Below are positions 9,827 to 18,778 of a stretch of DNA of 64,000 bases, piece by piece. Numbering within the stretch: the first letter of the stretch is position 1; each line of letters starts with the position of its first letter. The stretch comes from an uncultured bacterium (lineage in GTDB: Bacteria; Planctomycetota; Uabimicrobiia; Uabimicrobiales; JABWCH01): the NCBI GenBank assembly GCA_938003875.1, contig CALKWO010000337.1, positions 6,105 to 70,104 of the forward strand, read 5' to 3'. Both the position numbers and the translations under genes were made by a program. The notes beneath the pieces are model-generated. The model saw only the letters and a program-made list of their open reading frames with translations. It did no database searches and was not told where the DNA came from.

Positions 9827-10816
9827 ATGATTGAATCCATAAAATTTACGAATTTTAAAGCACTTAGAGACACAGTACTTCCCTTAAAACCATTCACGCT
9901 GATTGTAGGAGCGAATGCCACAGGCAAAACCACTGCCCTTCAAGGCTTGCAGTTAATACAAGGATCTTTGGAGAGCGAATTTAAAAAATTTTTGAGCTTT
10001 ACTGCTTCGAATGAATCAGAAATGCACTTAAAAGTGCTTAGTCGAGGCAAACAGTTGCTTCTGGAAACGGAAATTATATGGACGAGGGGAAATCGGATTG
10101 TCAGGCATGATAAGCCCATCGATCCGCCAGCTTTAGGCAATGAGAATGCTTTAACACCAACATTTTCCTCTCTCCAGCAAGAACAAGACCAGTTGATTCG
10201 GAATTTGAACGGTTTTCAGAATTATAATTTAAACGGTTCTGCCATTAGTCGCCCTGTTCTCTTGAAATCATATTTAAAGCTTCTGAATGATGGTAGCAAT
10301 CTTGTTGGAATTTGGGACAATCTGCGCGATGGAGAGCCTGAAAAATTTGAGGCTCTCAATCAGGAGCTAAATCGCTGGCTGCCTGAATTTGATCGCATTC
10401 TTTTTGAAACACCTTCTGATGGAAATCGTTCCTTTATGCTGAGAATAAAAAATGGGAAGCATAAAATCCCCGCTTCAGAGCTTTCCCAGGGGACATTGTT
10501 TACCCTTATTTTTGTTACCCTTGCTTATCTTCCCAATCCTCCCAGTATCTTAGGAATCGAAGAGCCTGACAGAGGAATCCATCCCAAGCTTTTGCCTGAA
10601 ATAAGAAATACGTTCTATCGTCTTAGTTATCCTGAAGCTTTTGGAGAAAATCGTTCCCCGATACAAATTATTGCCACAACACATTCTCCTAATTTTTTGC
10701 GACTTTTTCAGGAACGCGCAGAAGAGGTTGTGGTCGCCTGTAAGGAAAATTCTGAAGTGAAGTTCCTGAAAATGTCTGAAAACCCGAATCTCAAGGAAAT
10801 AGAAAAAGTGATATAG
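9827..10816 (+). CDS. AAA_21/ABC-type ATPase (SMC/RecF/AbiEii-like)
   Basis: IKFTNFKAL, Walker A GANATGKT, signature LSQG, Walker B ILGIEEPD, TTHS. Start at ATG 9827. Confidence 0.85.
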   Translation: MIESIKFTNFKALRDTVLPLKPFTLIVGANATGKTTALQGLQLIQGSLESEFKKFLSFTASNESEMHLKVLSRGKQLLLETEIIWTRGNRIVRHDKPIDPPALGNENALTPTFSSLQQEQDQLIRNLNGFQNYNLNGSAISRPVLLKSYLKLLNDGSNLVGIWDNLRDGEPEKFEALNQELNRWLPEFDRILFETPSDGNRSFMLRIKNGKHKIPASELSQGTLFTLIFVTLAYLPNPPSILGIEEPDRGIHPKLLPEIRNTFYRLSYPEAFGENRSPIQIIATTHSPNFLRLFQERAEEVVVACKENSEVKFLKMSENPNLKEIEKVI

Positions 10817-10918
10817 GTCTGTATAAATTTTTCAAACAGTAAAATTAAAGTAGAATTTTTTTGGGGATTTAGTTAGAATAACCTGATATATATTAAATTT
10901 CAAACTTTTGCCCCTATC

Positions 10919-10959
10919 GCAGGCTCAAGCAGATGCTATCATTGCACTGATTAGCCTGC
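10919..10959 (+). repeat. Bulged hairpin family B, solo copy
   Basis: GCAGGCT-c-AAGCAG-a-TGCTAT...TGCA-CTGATT-AGCCTGC. Confidence 0.8.
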
Positions 10960-11027
10960 ATAAGTTTATTTGCCATTTGAATATTGAGTTTGTCATTGCA
11001 CCAAAGTATACTTTGAAAGGTTGTTTC

Positions 11028-13688
11028 ATGGGCAATTTAGATTTTCAGCTTACTAAAGAAAAATTAACAGATGGATCTTCTGTAGCACTATTGCACATGA
11101 AAGGATCCATAGATGGGACTACAGTAAAAAAATTTGAATCTAAAACATTGGGGTTATATGAAGAAGGTATAAAGTATCTTATTCTCAATTTTTTTGAAGT
11201 AGGCTACATGAATAGCACTGGTCTAGGCATCCTGGTGAAAGTGTTAGATAAATTTCAAGAAAAAGATGGAGATGTCAAATTAGTTAAAGTCCCAAGAAAA
11301 GTAGCGGATCTTTTTGATATGCTTGGAATTTCTTCTATCGTTACTATTTATCCTGGTATGGAAGAAGCCATCCAATCTTTGCCTTTCCCTATTCAATCTG
11401 CTATGACATCCCATTCTGCTGAGGTTATAAAAAAGGAAACAATAGAACCTCCAGCTCCTCCAAGAGGCTTTGTTATAGAACAACCCAAAAGCGATGATCT
11501 TTTACAAGATACAGGAATTCTCATCGCTCCAGACGATGCAGGTGGAATCGCTATTTCTCCTGAGCCTGAGGTTTCCATAGATCAACCAGTTCCTATTGTT
11601 TCTATATCATCAGAAGAAAACCTCGAAGGTGGAATCGCTATTGATGCAGAATGGGAGACTGCTACTGAAGAAGAAAAAAAAGAGAGCATTTCTAGCTCTA
11701 CAGCAGCAGAATTTTTTGAAATTTCTCCTATCGAAGAGGAATATCCTAAAACAAATGAACAGGCTGTTTCTGATGGGATGGAATTAGGAATCGATTTGAG
11801 TAACATGGAAGAATTGTCGGATTCACCGTCTTTTGATATAGGACAAAAAACAGAAGAAGAAAAACGCGAGGATAATGCGGATTGGAGCATAGAGGCTGAA
11901 CCTATGGGCTTTGCTGATGAGCAGGCATCTACTATAAAAGAAGATCAGGCAGAAGAAATTCAAGAAAGCATTGCTACCTTTGAAGAAATACAAGATTCTA
12001 AGGATGCCCAGGAGGAAATCGCTGCTCCCGAATTTGAAGAGGTTGCTTTCGAAGAACCTGCCCAGGAGGAAATCGCTGCTCCCGAATTTGAAGAGGCTGC
12101 TTTCGAAGAACCTGCCCAGGAAGAAATCACTGTTCCTGAATCTCCAGAGGCTGCTTTTGAAGAGCCCGCCCAAGAGGAAATCGCTGCTGCTGAATCTCCA
12201 GAGGCTGCTTTTGAAGAGCCTGCCCAGCAGGAAATAGCTGCTCCTGAATCTCCAGAGGCTTCTTTTGAAGAGCCTGTCCAGGAGGAACTCTCTGCTCCTG
12301 AATCTCCAGAGGCTTCTTTTGAAGAGGTACAGGATTCTGATGATGAGCAAGAAAAACTTGCTGCACCCTCTTTTGAAGAGGTACAGGATTCTGATGAACT
12401 CTCTGCTCCTGATGGACTGGAAGAAATAGATTTACCCGAAACTTCTCAAAAAATGCAGGAAGCATCAGACATAAATTTATCTGCAGACGCCCCAAATGCA
12501 GGATTACCTGATCTCTCGCTCGATTTAGAAGAAGCTTTCCAGGAGGCATCTGGAGAAAAAATGGTTCCTGAAATGGGAAAACAGAAGATTGACAGCTTAC
12601 AGACCGAAATAGAATTTCCTTGTGACGCTTTAAAAAGCATACCCAATATGGCAGAAGACACAGATTTGCTGGAAACACAAGTCAGCTCTAATTACAAAAG
12701 CGTGGCCTCTTCTGATATTCCTGCTATAGCTACTTCTATAAAAGATACGTCAACCACATTGGAAAAGGCTGTGGCTGAGCTGGAAGAAGAAGTTCAGGAA
12801 GAAAGTCGATTAGAACGAAGAGTAGAGCAAGAAGCAGTCTCTGCGCCTGCTTTTGCATCCGCACCTGCCAGCCCTGCACCTATGCCTGTTTCTCCCATGA
12901 TGCCTTTTGATGAGGATAAAAAAGAAGATGTCCCTGATGATATTGTAAACGCATTCCGTGATTCAGAAGAACAACTTCTGGCCAATAGGTCTGCAAAAGA
13001 AGAGCAGAGCAAAAAGTCAGTGACCAAAATACCTACATCGGGAAGTATTCCTCCAGTCAAAGGAAAAGCTCCCTTCAAGAGGAAAACCACGGTTCGCTAT
13101 TATGAGCAGATGAATCCCTCTAAATCCTATCCGCTTTCTGTAACCTTATCGAAAGACAAGGTCGTAGCCACAAAGATGGCTCATGTTGCACAAAAAGAGG
13201 GCAAGAAAGATTTAGTCATATCTGCTGATAAGCCTAAGGTTACTATCACTCCTGTGCTTTCAGGCTGTCATGTCGCTCCTCAAAGCATTACTCTGGATGT
13301 AACCCAGGAAGTATCCCGTGCAGATTTTTGGGTAACTCCTATTATAGAAGGGTCAATGTATGGCTGGATCGAGATTACACACCAGGGCGAAACCATCGAA
13401 AAAATAGACATACAGACCAAAAGTGTCAAACAAACATGGGCTAAAATAGCAGCAGCAGCATCTGTTCTCAGCCCCTTCTTTTCTTCTTTTATGGAAGGAA
13501 TTCTGACACAAAAAGAATCTTTAAAAGGCCTTCCTCGCTTTCTCATGGATTTTAGTGATAAAATAGGTGGACTGACCATGTTAGGTATTGGCGGTTTTGT
13601 CTTATTCATGGTTGCTGGAATTGTCTTCTATCGACGAAGTCTTCCTAAAGAAGCACAAGAAATCGAAAAATTCTTTGGGGCAGAGTAA
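11028..13688 (+). CDS. STAS (anti-sigma-factor antagonist) domain protein with long acidic disordered linker and C-terminal membrane anchor
   Basis: N-terminal KGSIDG...YMNSTGLG...ADLFDMLG (STAS, phospho-Ser motif); Glu-rich middle; C-terminal TM. ORF-track start at 10908 runs through the repeat, so ATG 11028 is preferred. Confidence 0.8.
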   Translation: MGNLDFQLTKEKLTDGSSVALLHMKGSIDGTTVKKFESKTLGLYEEGIKYLILNFFEVGYMNSTGLGILVKVLDKFQEKDGDVKLVKVPRKVADLFDMLGISSIVTIYPGMEEAIQSLPFPIQSAMTSHSAEVIKKETIEPPAPPRGFVIEQPKSDDLLQDTGILIAPDDAGGIAISPEPEVSIDQPVPIVSISSEENLEGGIAIDAEWETATEEEKKESISSSTAAEFFEISPIEEEYPKTNEQAVSDGMELGIDLSNMEELSDSPSFDIGQKTEEEKREDNADWSIEAEPMGFADEQASTIKEDQAEEIQESIATFEEIQDSKDAQEEIAAPEFEEVAFEEPAQEEIAAPEFEEAAFEEPAQEEITVPESPEAAFEEPAQEEIAAAESPEAAFEEPAQQEIAAPESPEASFEEPVQEELSAPESPEASFEEVQDSDDEQEKLAAPSFEEVQDSDELSAPDGLEEIDLPETSQKMQEASDINLSADAPNAGLPDLSLDLEEAFQEASGEKMVPEMGKQKIDSLQTEIEFPCDALKSIPNMAEDTDLLETQVSSNYKSVASSDIPAIATSIKDTSTTLEKAVAELEEEVQEESRLERRVEQEAVSAPAFASAPASPAPMPVSPMMPFDEDKKEDVPDDIVNAFRDSEEQLLANRSAKEEQSKKSVTKIPTSGSIPPVKGKAPFKRKTTVRYYEQMNPSKSYPLSVTLSKDKVVATKMAHVAQKEGKKDLVISADKPKVTITPVLSGCHVAPQSITLDVTQEVSRADFWVTPIIEGSMYGWIEITHQGETIEKIDIQTKSVKQTWAKIAAAASVLSPFFSSFMEGILTQKESLKGLPRFLMDFSDKIGGLTMLGIGGFVLFMVAGIVFYRRSLPKEAQEIEKFFGAE
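12006..12330 (+). repeat. Intragenic 54-bp tandem repeat (~6 x AQEEIAAPESPEAAFEEP)
   Basis: Seen in both DNA and protein. Confidence 0.9.
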
Positions 13689-13727
13689 TTTTATTTGCCT
13701 GGAATAGAACAAGCGATTGCTTCTGGT

Positions 13728-13902
13728 TCTAACAGAATCTGTGGTATGTATCGTCTATAAAAGAATAAGGCTGAATACCGCCTGCTGGAGCAGATGCTAT
13801 TATCATAGCACTGCTCATCTGGCACAAGAAAAATTTGCTAAGAGCAGGCTTTGTTATCTATAGGCATTTTATCAATAAGACTATGACACAGAAAATGTTA
13901 AA
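13728..13902 (+). mobile_element. ~175-bp MITE-/attC-like element, copy 2
   Basis: Same sequence family as 4918-5093. Flanked by AACAAGCGATTGCTT (13708-13722) and AACAACCGATTGCTT (13902-13916). Confidence 0.75.
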
Positions 13903-13993
13903 ACAACCGATTGCTTTACAGTTGTTTGTTTTATTCCTTTTAAGCATCATTCGTTACAGGTTAGGAGGGGCGATTTCAAAATCGCTTAGCATT

Positions 13994-15973
13994 ATGGCAA
14001 AACAAAAAGATCAGGGTGATTTATTAGAGATTTACTTCGATACAGCCAGAGACAGTATCAGTAAATTTCAAAAAACCTTGCGCAAGGTAATACTCAGTGA
14101 AAAAAAGAATATCATGATAGATATGACCTACGCACCTTCGCTTCCCAGGGACTATCTGTCCAGCCTTGTTTTTGGAGCAAAGGCCTTGAAATCTCACGGT
14201 TATACGATAAGCTTTCTTTTTTCACCAGTAAACTATTCCTTGCTGAAATCTTCACCTGATTCTGCTCATTTCCAATTGGAAATTTCTCAGGTCGTGGAAG
14301 ATAAGGATAACATACCTATCACAGGAAGTATAGACATACCAGAAGAAACACAAGATATATCTTCTGCAGTCAAAATTCAGAAAAATAGAATTATCGTTAC
14401 AGAGGAAACGCAAGAAACCATTCCAGGAATTCTATCCTCTTTGGTACAAAAAATTTTAAACCAGGGATATACTGAAGTAGCCATTGATCTTACAGAACTT
14501 TTTCTTTTGTCTCATTCTTTAATTCATGCTTTGATTTTAGAAACGCTCAATACAGGAAATGTTCTAAAAGTATGTATTTTAGAAAGTATGGAAGAAGTTT
14601 TACAGGCCAATCCTCAGGCTATTATGCTCAATGTCGAAATAAAAAAAGAGGAAGATTCTATAGAGCAGGACGAAAATGAAAAAGAAACAGAGCCTGCCAA
14701 TGCGTTTATGGAGAGTGAAGAATTTCTAAGTGCCCAGGAAGTCAGTAGCATCGTCGATATCCAGGAAGCACCCAAAGAAGATAGCACAAAAAATGTTGCT
14801 TCTGTTTCTTCTAATGATGCAGAAGATACCAGTCCTTCAGCTTTTAAGATAGAAGTAAACCGTTTAAAAGCAGGGCAAATGACAGGTTCTGCGTTTTTGC
14901 GAGATTTTGATACTTACTTTCAAAATCTTTTTTCTTCAGGGAATAGTTTATATATTGATCTAAGCGAATTTGAAAATATCGATTGTAGCATTGCTCTGAA
15001 GCTGATCTATGCTAATTTCCAAGCCATAGAGCAAGAAAAAAAGCTTACCATCCAATTGCTCCAGGATCAAATGAGCGTGATGCAGTCTTATTTGCCTGCT
15101 TTAGAAAAAATAGAAAAGAAAGTAGACCTCTCTCCTCATTTTGATATTATTGGCAGCCGCATGGAAATTTATAATGTAAGCATGCCTTTATTTTTGCAAA
15201 AATTTTCAGAAAGCTTCAAACCATTATTGAATTCAGGCTATAGTAGCCTGGTTATTGATATATCTCGTCTTTCTGAGATTACCGAGCAGGCTATTGAACT
15301 TTTAGTTCTTGCATACCTGGATGCCATAGGCGCAGGGCTTTCTCTGACAGTGCGTATTTCTTCTGGAATGGAAGCGAACTTTCAAAAATCAGGAAGGAGC
15401 AGAGCATTGCCCCTGGAGGTTCTACGGCCAGCTACAGTCGCTCAAGTGCAGCAAAAAGCGGTCAAACCTAGAATCGATATGAGCAAAATCAGAGAGGCCA
15501 TGGGGAAAGATCGTCTTACCGAAAAGGTAATCCATCATCAATATGAGACAGTCCATATCGAATCCAGAGGTACCTTCCAGAACTGGGAGCCTATACCTGT
15601 TAAAGACGAAGCGAAAAAGGCACCCTATCTCGGAGTGGAAAGACGTTTGGAGAAACGATATGATTCCAAGGATATAGAAGTTATCTTTGCCAGAGGCAGC
15701 ATCGCCAAAATTACAGGAAGAAAATATCCTGCACATAATATCAGCCAATCAGGTATATGCTTTACCTGTCCTATCCCGCTTACACGGAATGAATCTCTCA
15801 GGCTCAAAATTTTTTATCAGGAAATTTCTTTTGAAATCCAGGCAAATGTAATCTGGACAAAACCCGTTCCAGCACAATCTCTCTTTCGTACAGGTGTCCA
15901 GTTTTCCAAAGTCAGTGAAGTCTCTAAATTGCAACTGAAAGAAATTATCAGAAAGCTTTATAAATCAGAATAA
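13994..15973 (+). CDS. Multi-STAS-like repeat protein with C-terminal PilZ (c-di-GMP-binding) domain
   Basis: PilZ motifs ERRLEKR and NISQSG, terminal GVQF. Several (I/V)xID(L/M/I) beta-alpha units resemble degenerate STAS. Start moved to ATG 13994 because the longer ORF reads through the repeat element. Confidence 0.7.
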   Translation: MAKQKDQGDLLEIYFDTARDSISKFQKTLRKVILSEKKNIMIDMTYAPSLPRDYLSSLVFGAKALKSHGYTISFLFSPVNYSLLKSSPDSAHFQLEISQVVEDKDNIPITGSIDIPEETQDISSAVKIQKNRIIVTEETQETIPGILSSLVQKILNQGYTEVAIDLTELFLLSHSLIHALILETLNTGNVLKVCILESMEEVLQANPQAIMLNVEIKKEEDSIEQDENEKETEPANAFMESEEFLSAQEVSSIVDIQEAPKEDSTKNVASVSSNDAEDTSPSAFKIEVNRLKAGQMTGSAFLRDFDTYFQNLFSSGNSLYIDLSEFENIDCSIALKLIYANFQAIEQEKKLTIQLLQDQMSVMQSYLPALEKIEKKVDLSPHFDIIGSRMEIYNVSMPLFLQKFSESFKPLLNSGYSSLVIDISRLSEITEQAIELLVLAYLDAIGAGLSLTVRISSGMEANFQKSGRSRALPLEVLRPATVAQVQQKAVKPRIDMSKIREAMGKDRLTEKVIHHQYETVHIESRGTFQNWEPIPVKDEAKKAPYLGVERRLEKRYDSKDIEVIFARGSIAKITGRKYPAHNISQSGICFTCPIPLTRNESLRLKIFYQEISFEIQANVIWTKPVPAQSLFRTGVQFSKVSEVSKLQLKEIIRKLYKSE

Positions 15974-16056
15974 TAAGGAACAAGAATTAAATAACTTCCA
16001 CATTTCCTCCCGCAGACTCAAGCAGATGCTATTAACATAGCACTGCTTAGCCTGCA
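15974..16056 (+). repeat. 83-bp repeat (family B hairpin with TAAGGAACAAGAATTAAATAA leader)
   Basis: Near-identical reverse-complement copy at 46088-46170. Confidence 0.9.
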
Positions 16057-16123
16057 CAAGCTGCTTATGCTAAGGCCAAATTTTATAATGAGAAAAGTAG
16101 TTAATATATTTTAAGAAAGTCCA

Positions 16124-17434
16124 ATGGAAACAGAAAAAAAATATCGTTTAGAAAGAATAGAAAAATTTTTAGGCAGTATGGATCAGGGGGTAGCCATTCT
16201 TTCTTCAGGCTCTCCTTTGCCAAAAGAACTTAAAATCGATGTCCAGTTTCGTGCGCAAAGCAGTTTCTTTTATTTTACAGGTCTGGAAGAACCAGATGCT
16301 ATTGCTGTGTTTTCTAATGTCCATCCACAACGCTATTGTCTGTTCATGAGAGAATCCGATCAAAAAGAAAAGGTCTGGACAGGTGCCAGAACAGGACTAA
16401 AAGAAGCACAAGAACTCACGGGTGCAGACGCTGTCTATCCCTGGGAAGAATTTGCTAAAAAAATCCCAGAATATCTGGAAGGCACGAAAAATCTATACTA
16501 TACAATTGGTATACATAAGGGAATAGATGAAATTGTGTTACAACATTGCCATTCTCTCCAGCGCAGACTTACCATGCCCAAAAGAATCCCACAGACTATC
16601 CAGGATCTGGAAAAAAGTATAGAAGAATTCCGCGTGGTCAAAAGTGAGCTGGAGATCTCTGCTATCAAAACGGCAATAAAAGCGACACAAGAAGCTTTTT
16701 TCCAAGCATTCCAGGAAGCTGTTCCAGGAATGTATGAATACCAGATAGAGGCACTCGTGTCTTATGTTTACAGAAAAGCAGGGGGGGGATGTTCCTTTCC
16801 TCCTATTGTGGCTTCAGGGGATAAAAGCACTATCCTTCACTATACCCAAAACAATTGCCAGATAAAAGACGGTAGCTTATTATTATTAGATAGCGGTGCG
16901 GAAATCCATCATTATTGTGCCGACGTAACCAGAACCTGGCCTGTAAATGGGAAATTTACAAAAGAACAAAGGGCTGTGTATGAAGCCGTTCTTAATGCGC
17001 AGAAAAAAGCGATTTCTATCATCAAGCCAGGCGTTGAAGTAGCCCTTTTCCATCAAACAGCACTAGATGCTTTGGTCGACTTTCTGGTAGAAGAAAAAAT
17101 TCTCCAGGGAGACAGGGCTAAAATCGAACAGGAAAAATTATATCAGGCGTATTATCCTCATAGCACAGGACATTTTATAGGAATGGATGTACATGATATA
17201 GGAACCTATTATTGTCTGGGAAAACCCAGAATATTTGCGCCTGGAATGGTACTGACAGTAGAGCCAGGACTCTATTTCCGCCCCGAAATCGAGGGCGTTC
17301 CTGATCGGTTTAAAGGGATAGGCATAAGGATTGAAGACGATGTTTTGGTTACAGAAAAAGGTCATGAAATTCTTACAAAAGAGATTCCTAAAGAAGCTAG
17401 AGAGTTAGAAAAAATTCTCAAGAAAAGGAAATAG
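16124..17434 (+). CDS. pepP: Xaa-Pro aminopeptidase (M24B)
   Basis: FFYFTGLEEP N-domain; LDSG..YCADVTRT, HSTGHFIGMDVHD, TVEPG, IRIEDD metal ligands. Confidence 0.92.
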   Translation: METEKKYRLERIEKFLGSMDQGVAILSSGSPLPKELKIDVQFRAQSSFFYFTGLEEPDAIAVFSNVHPQRYCLFMRESDQKEKVWTGARTGLKEAQELTGADAVYPWEEFAKKIPEYLEGTKNLYYTIGIHKGIDEIVLQHCHSLQRRLTMPKRIPQTIQDLEKSIEEFRVVKSELEISAIKTAIKATQEAFFQAFQEAVPGMYEYQIEALVSYVYRKAGGGCSFPPIVASGDKSTILHYTQNNCQIKDGSLLLLDSGAEIHHYCADVTRTWPVNGKFTKEQRAVYEAVLNAQKKAISIIKPGVEVALFHQTALDALVDFLVEEKILQGDRAKIEQEKLYQAYYPHSTGHFIGMDVHDIGTYYCLGKPRIFAPGMVLTVEPGLYFRPEIEGVPDRFKGIGIRIEDDVLVTEKGHEILTKEIPKEARELEKILKKRK

Positions 17435-17474
17435 AGTATTTCCTTTATTTTTACTGTTTCAGGAAAGGAATAGT

Positions 17475-18635
17475 ATGTCTCATTTGATTTTGAGTATGTG
17501 TACTTATATGGATGGCAAGCATGAAAGCCTCATCCAGTTTCAGTCGGAGTTTCCTAATGCTGTAAGCCAGTACGCCAAAGAAAAAAATTTACCTTTGGAA
17601 GGAAGAATCATAAGACTGGTTGGTTGCGATGAAATGTCCCGCAAAAAAGGACTCTATAGCAATTTCCCCATGTATGAGATTGGCGAGATCGTAGAAGAAG
17701 ATGCTATTTTCGACAGAATCGGGACTATCGTCCAAACAGGCGGTATCTTTTTGGATAAAGCCGTATATAGTGGCACTCAGGTTTTCAATCGCCCTGTATC
17801 CATTGATGAAAGTAAAGCCAGGGACTATATGATAGCCAAAATGAAAGGCTTCTATGTTCCCAAGACAGTACTCTTGCCACAAGCAAGCTATGCCAGGTTT
17901 AAATCTGTAGATGAGAACAGAGTGGATTTAGACGTTGATCTGGAAGCCGCTGTTCGATATGTGGGAGGCTATCCTTGCTACATGAAGAGAGCTTTTGGCG
18001 GTGGACGGGCTCATGTTTACAAGATCAATAACAAAGCAGAATTGTATGAAATCTACCAAATCACCCGCGAATTTCTCATGGTACTTCAGGAAAATATCGA
18101 TATGGATCTTTATATCCGAACTTTCTGCTTTGGAAGCAAGGTAATCCATACATCTTACAATATAGACAGGCCTGATGGACAAAAATATGGCTGGCCTCCT
18201 GATGAATTCGGAGAAGGGGATCGCCTGTATCTGGATAAAATAATACCAGCTCTGTGCCAGGAACTTCTGACACCTTTCTGTACAATGGAAATAGCCAAAA
18301 GCAAACGCGATGGCAGATGGTATTTCATAGACATTACCAATGGCTGCAACTTCGATATGAGAGAAGGCGAGCTGAGTACTCCTATTTATCAGGTCGCAAA
18401 ACGTACCATTATAGAAGAGCTTGTCCAATGGACACTCCAGCCTCGCCCCATGATTGTTCATAGCAATCTGCAAGAGCATGTATTGCGCCAGCAGCTTTAT
18501 CGTGCCGTGCTAAAAGGGCAAAATCATGATCTTCTGGTAAAATTCGCCAAAGAAATCGGCATGAACCTGGATCACAATTTCTCTGAAGAACAAAAACGCT
18601 TTGCAGACGAATATCGACGACTTTACGGAGGCTAG
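17475..18635 (+). CDS. ATP-grasp (RimK-like) domain protein
   Basis: AIFDR, VPKTVLLP, GYPCYMKRAFGGG..VYKI, MVLQENI, CTMEIA. Confidence 0.7.
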   Translation: MSHLILSMCTYMDGKHESLIQFQSEFPNAVSQYAKEKNLPLEGRIIRLVGCDEMSRKKGLYSNFPMYEIGEIVEEDAIFDRIGTIVQTGGIFLDKAVYSGTQVFNRPVSIDESKARDYMIAKMKGFYVPKTVLLPQASYARFKSVDENRVDLDVDLEAAVRYVGGYPCYMKRAFGGGRAHVYKINNKAELYEIYQITREFLMVLQENIDMDLYIRTFCFGSKVIHTSYNIDRPDGQKYGWPPDEFGEGDRLYLDKIIPALCQELLTPFCTMEIAKSKRDGRWYFIDITNGCNFDMREGELSTPIYQVAKRTIIEELVQWTLQPRPMIVHSNLQEHVLRQQLYRAVLKGQNHDLLVKFAKEIGMNLDHNFSEEQKRFADEYRRLYGG

Positions 18636-18641
18636 CATTCC

Positions 18642-18668
18642 AATAGCCAGGGTAGCCCCCTGGCTATT
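18642..18668 (+). terminator. 11-bp stem hairpin after the ATP-grasp gene (terminator or stabiliser)
   Basis: AATAGCCAGGG-tagcc-CCCTGGCTATT; weak U-tract. Confidence 0.55.
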
Positions 18669-18778
18669 CCTTACAGTATGCTTCACCTCTTCTCTGTACT
18701 ACTGATCTGCAAATTTTTGTTATTTTGCCGAGAAAATTTTTTTTTATCCACAGATTACGAAACCAAGTGATAGCGAGC

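Noticed and set aside
12006..12330. Tandem repeats as a CRISPR array (also 54531-54788)
   Set aside because: In-frame coding repeats with no unique spacers and no cas genes.
4918..16056. Complete canonical integron
   Set aside because: No tyrosine recombinase or attI in the window. The short hairpins lack R boxes at canonical spacing and the intervals are much larger than usual cassettes. Kept only as an attC-like hypothesis.
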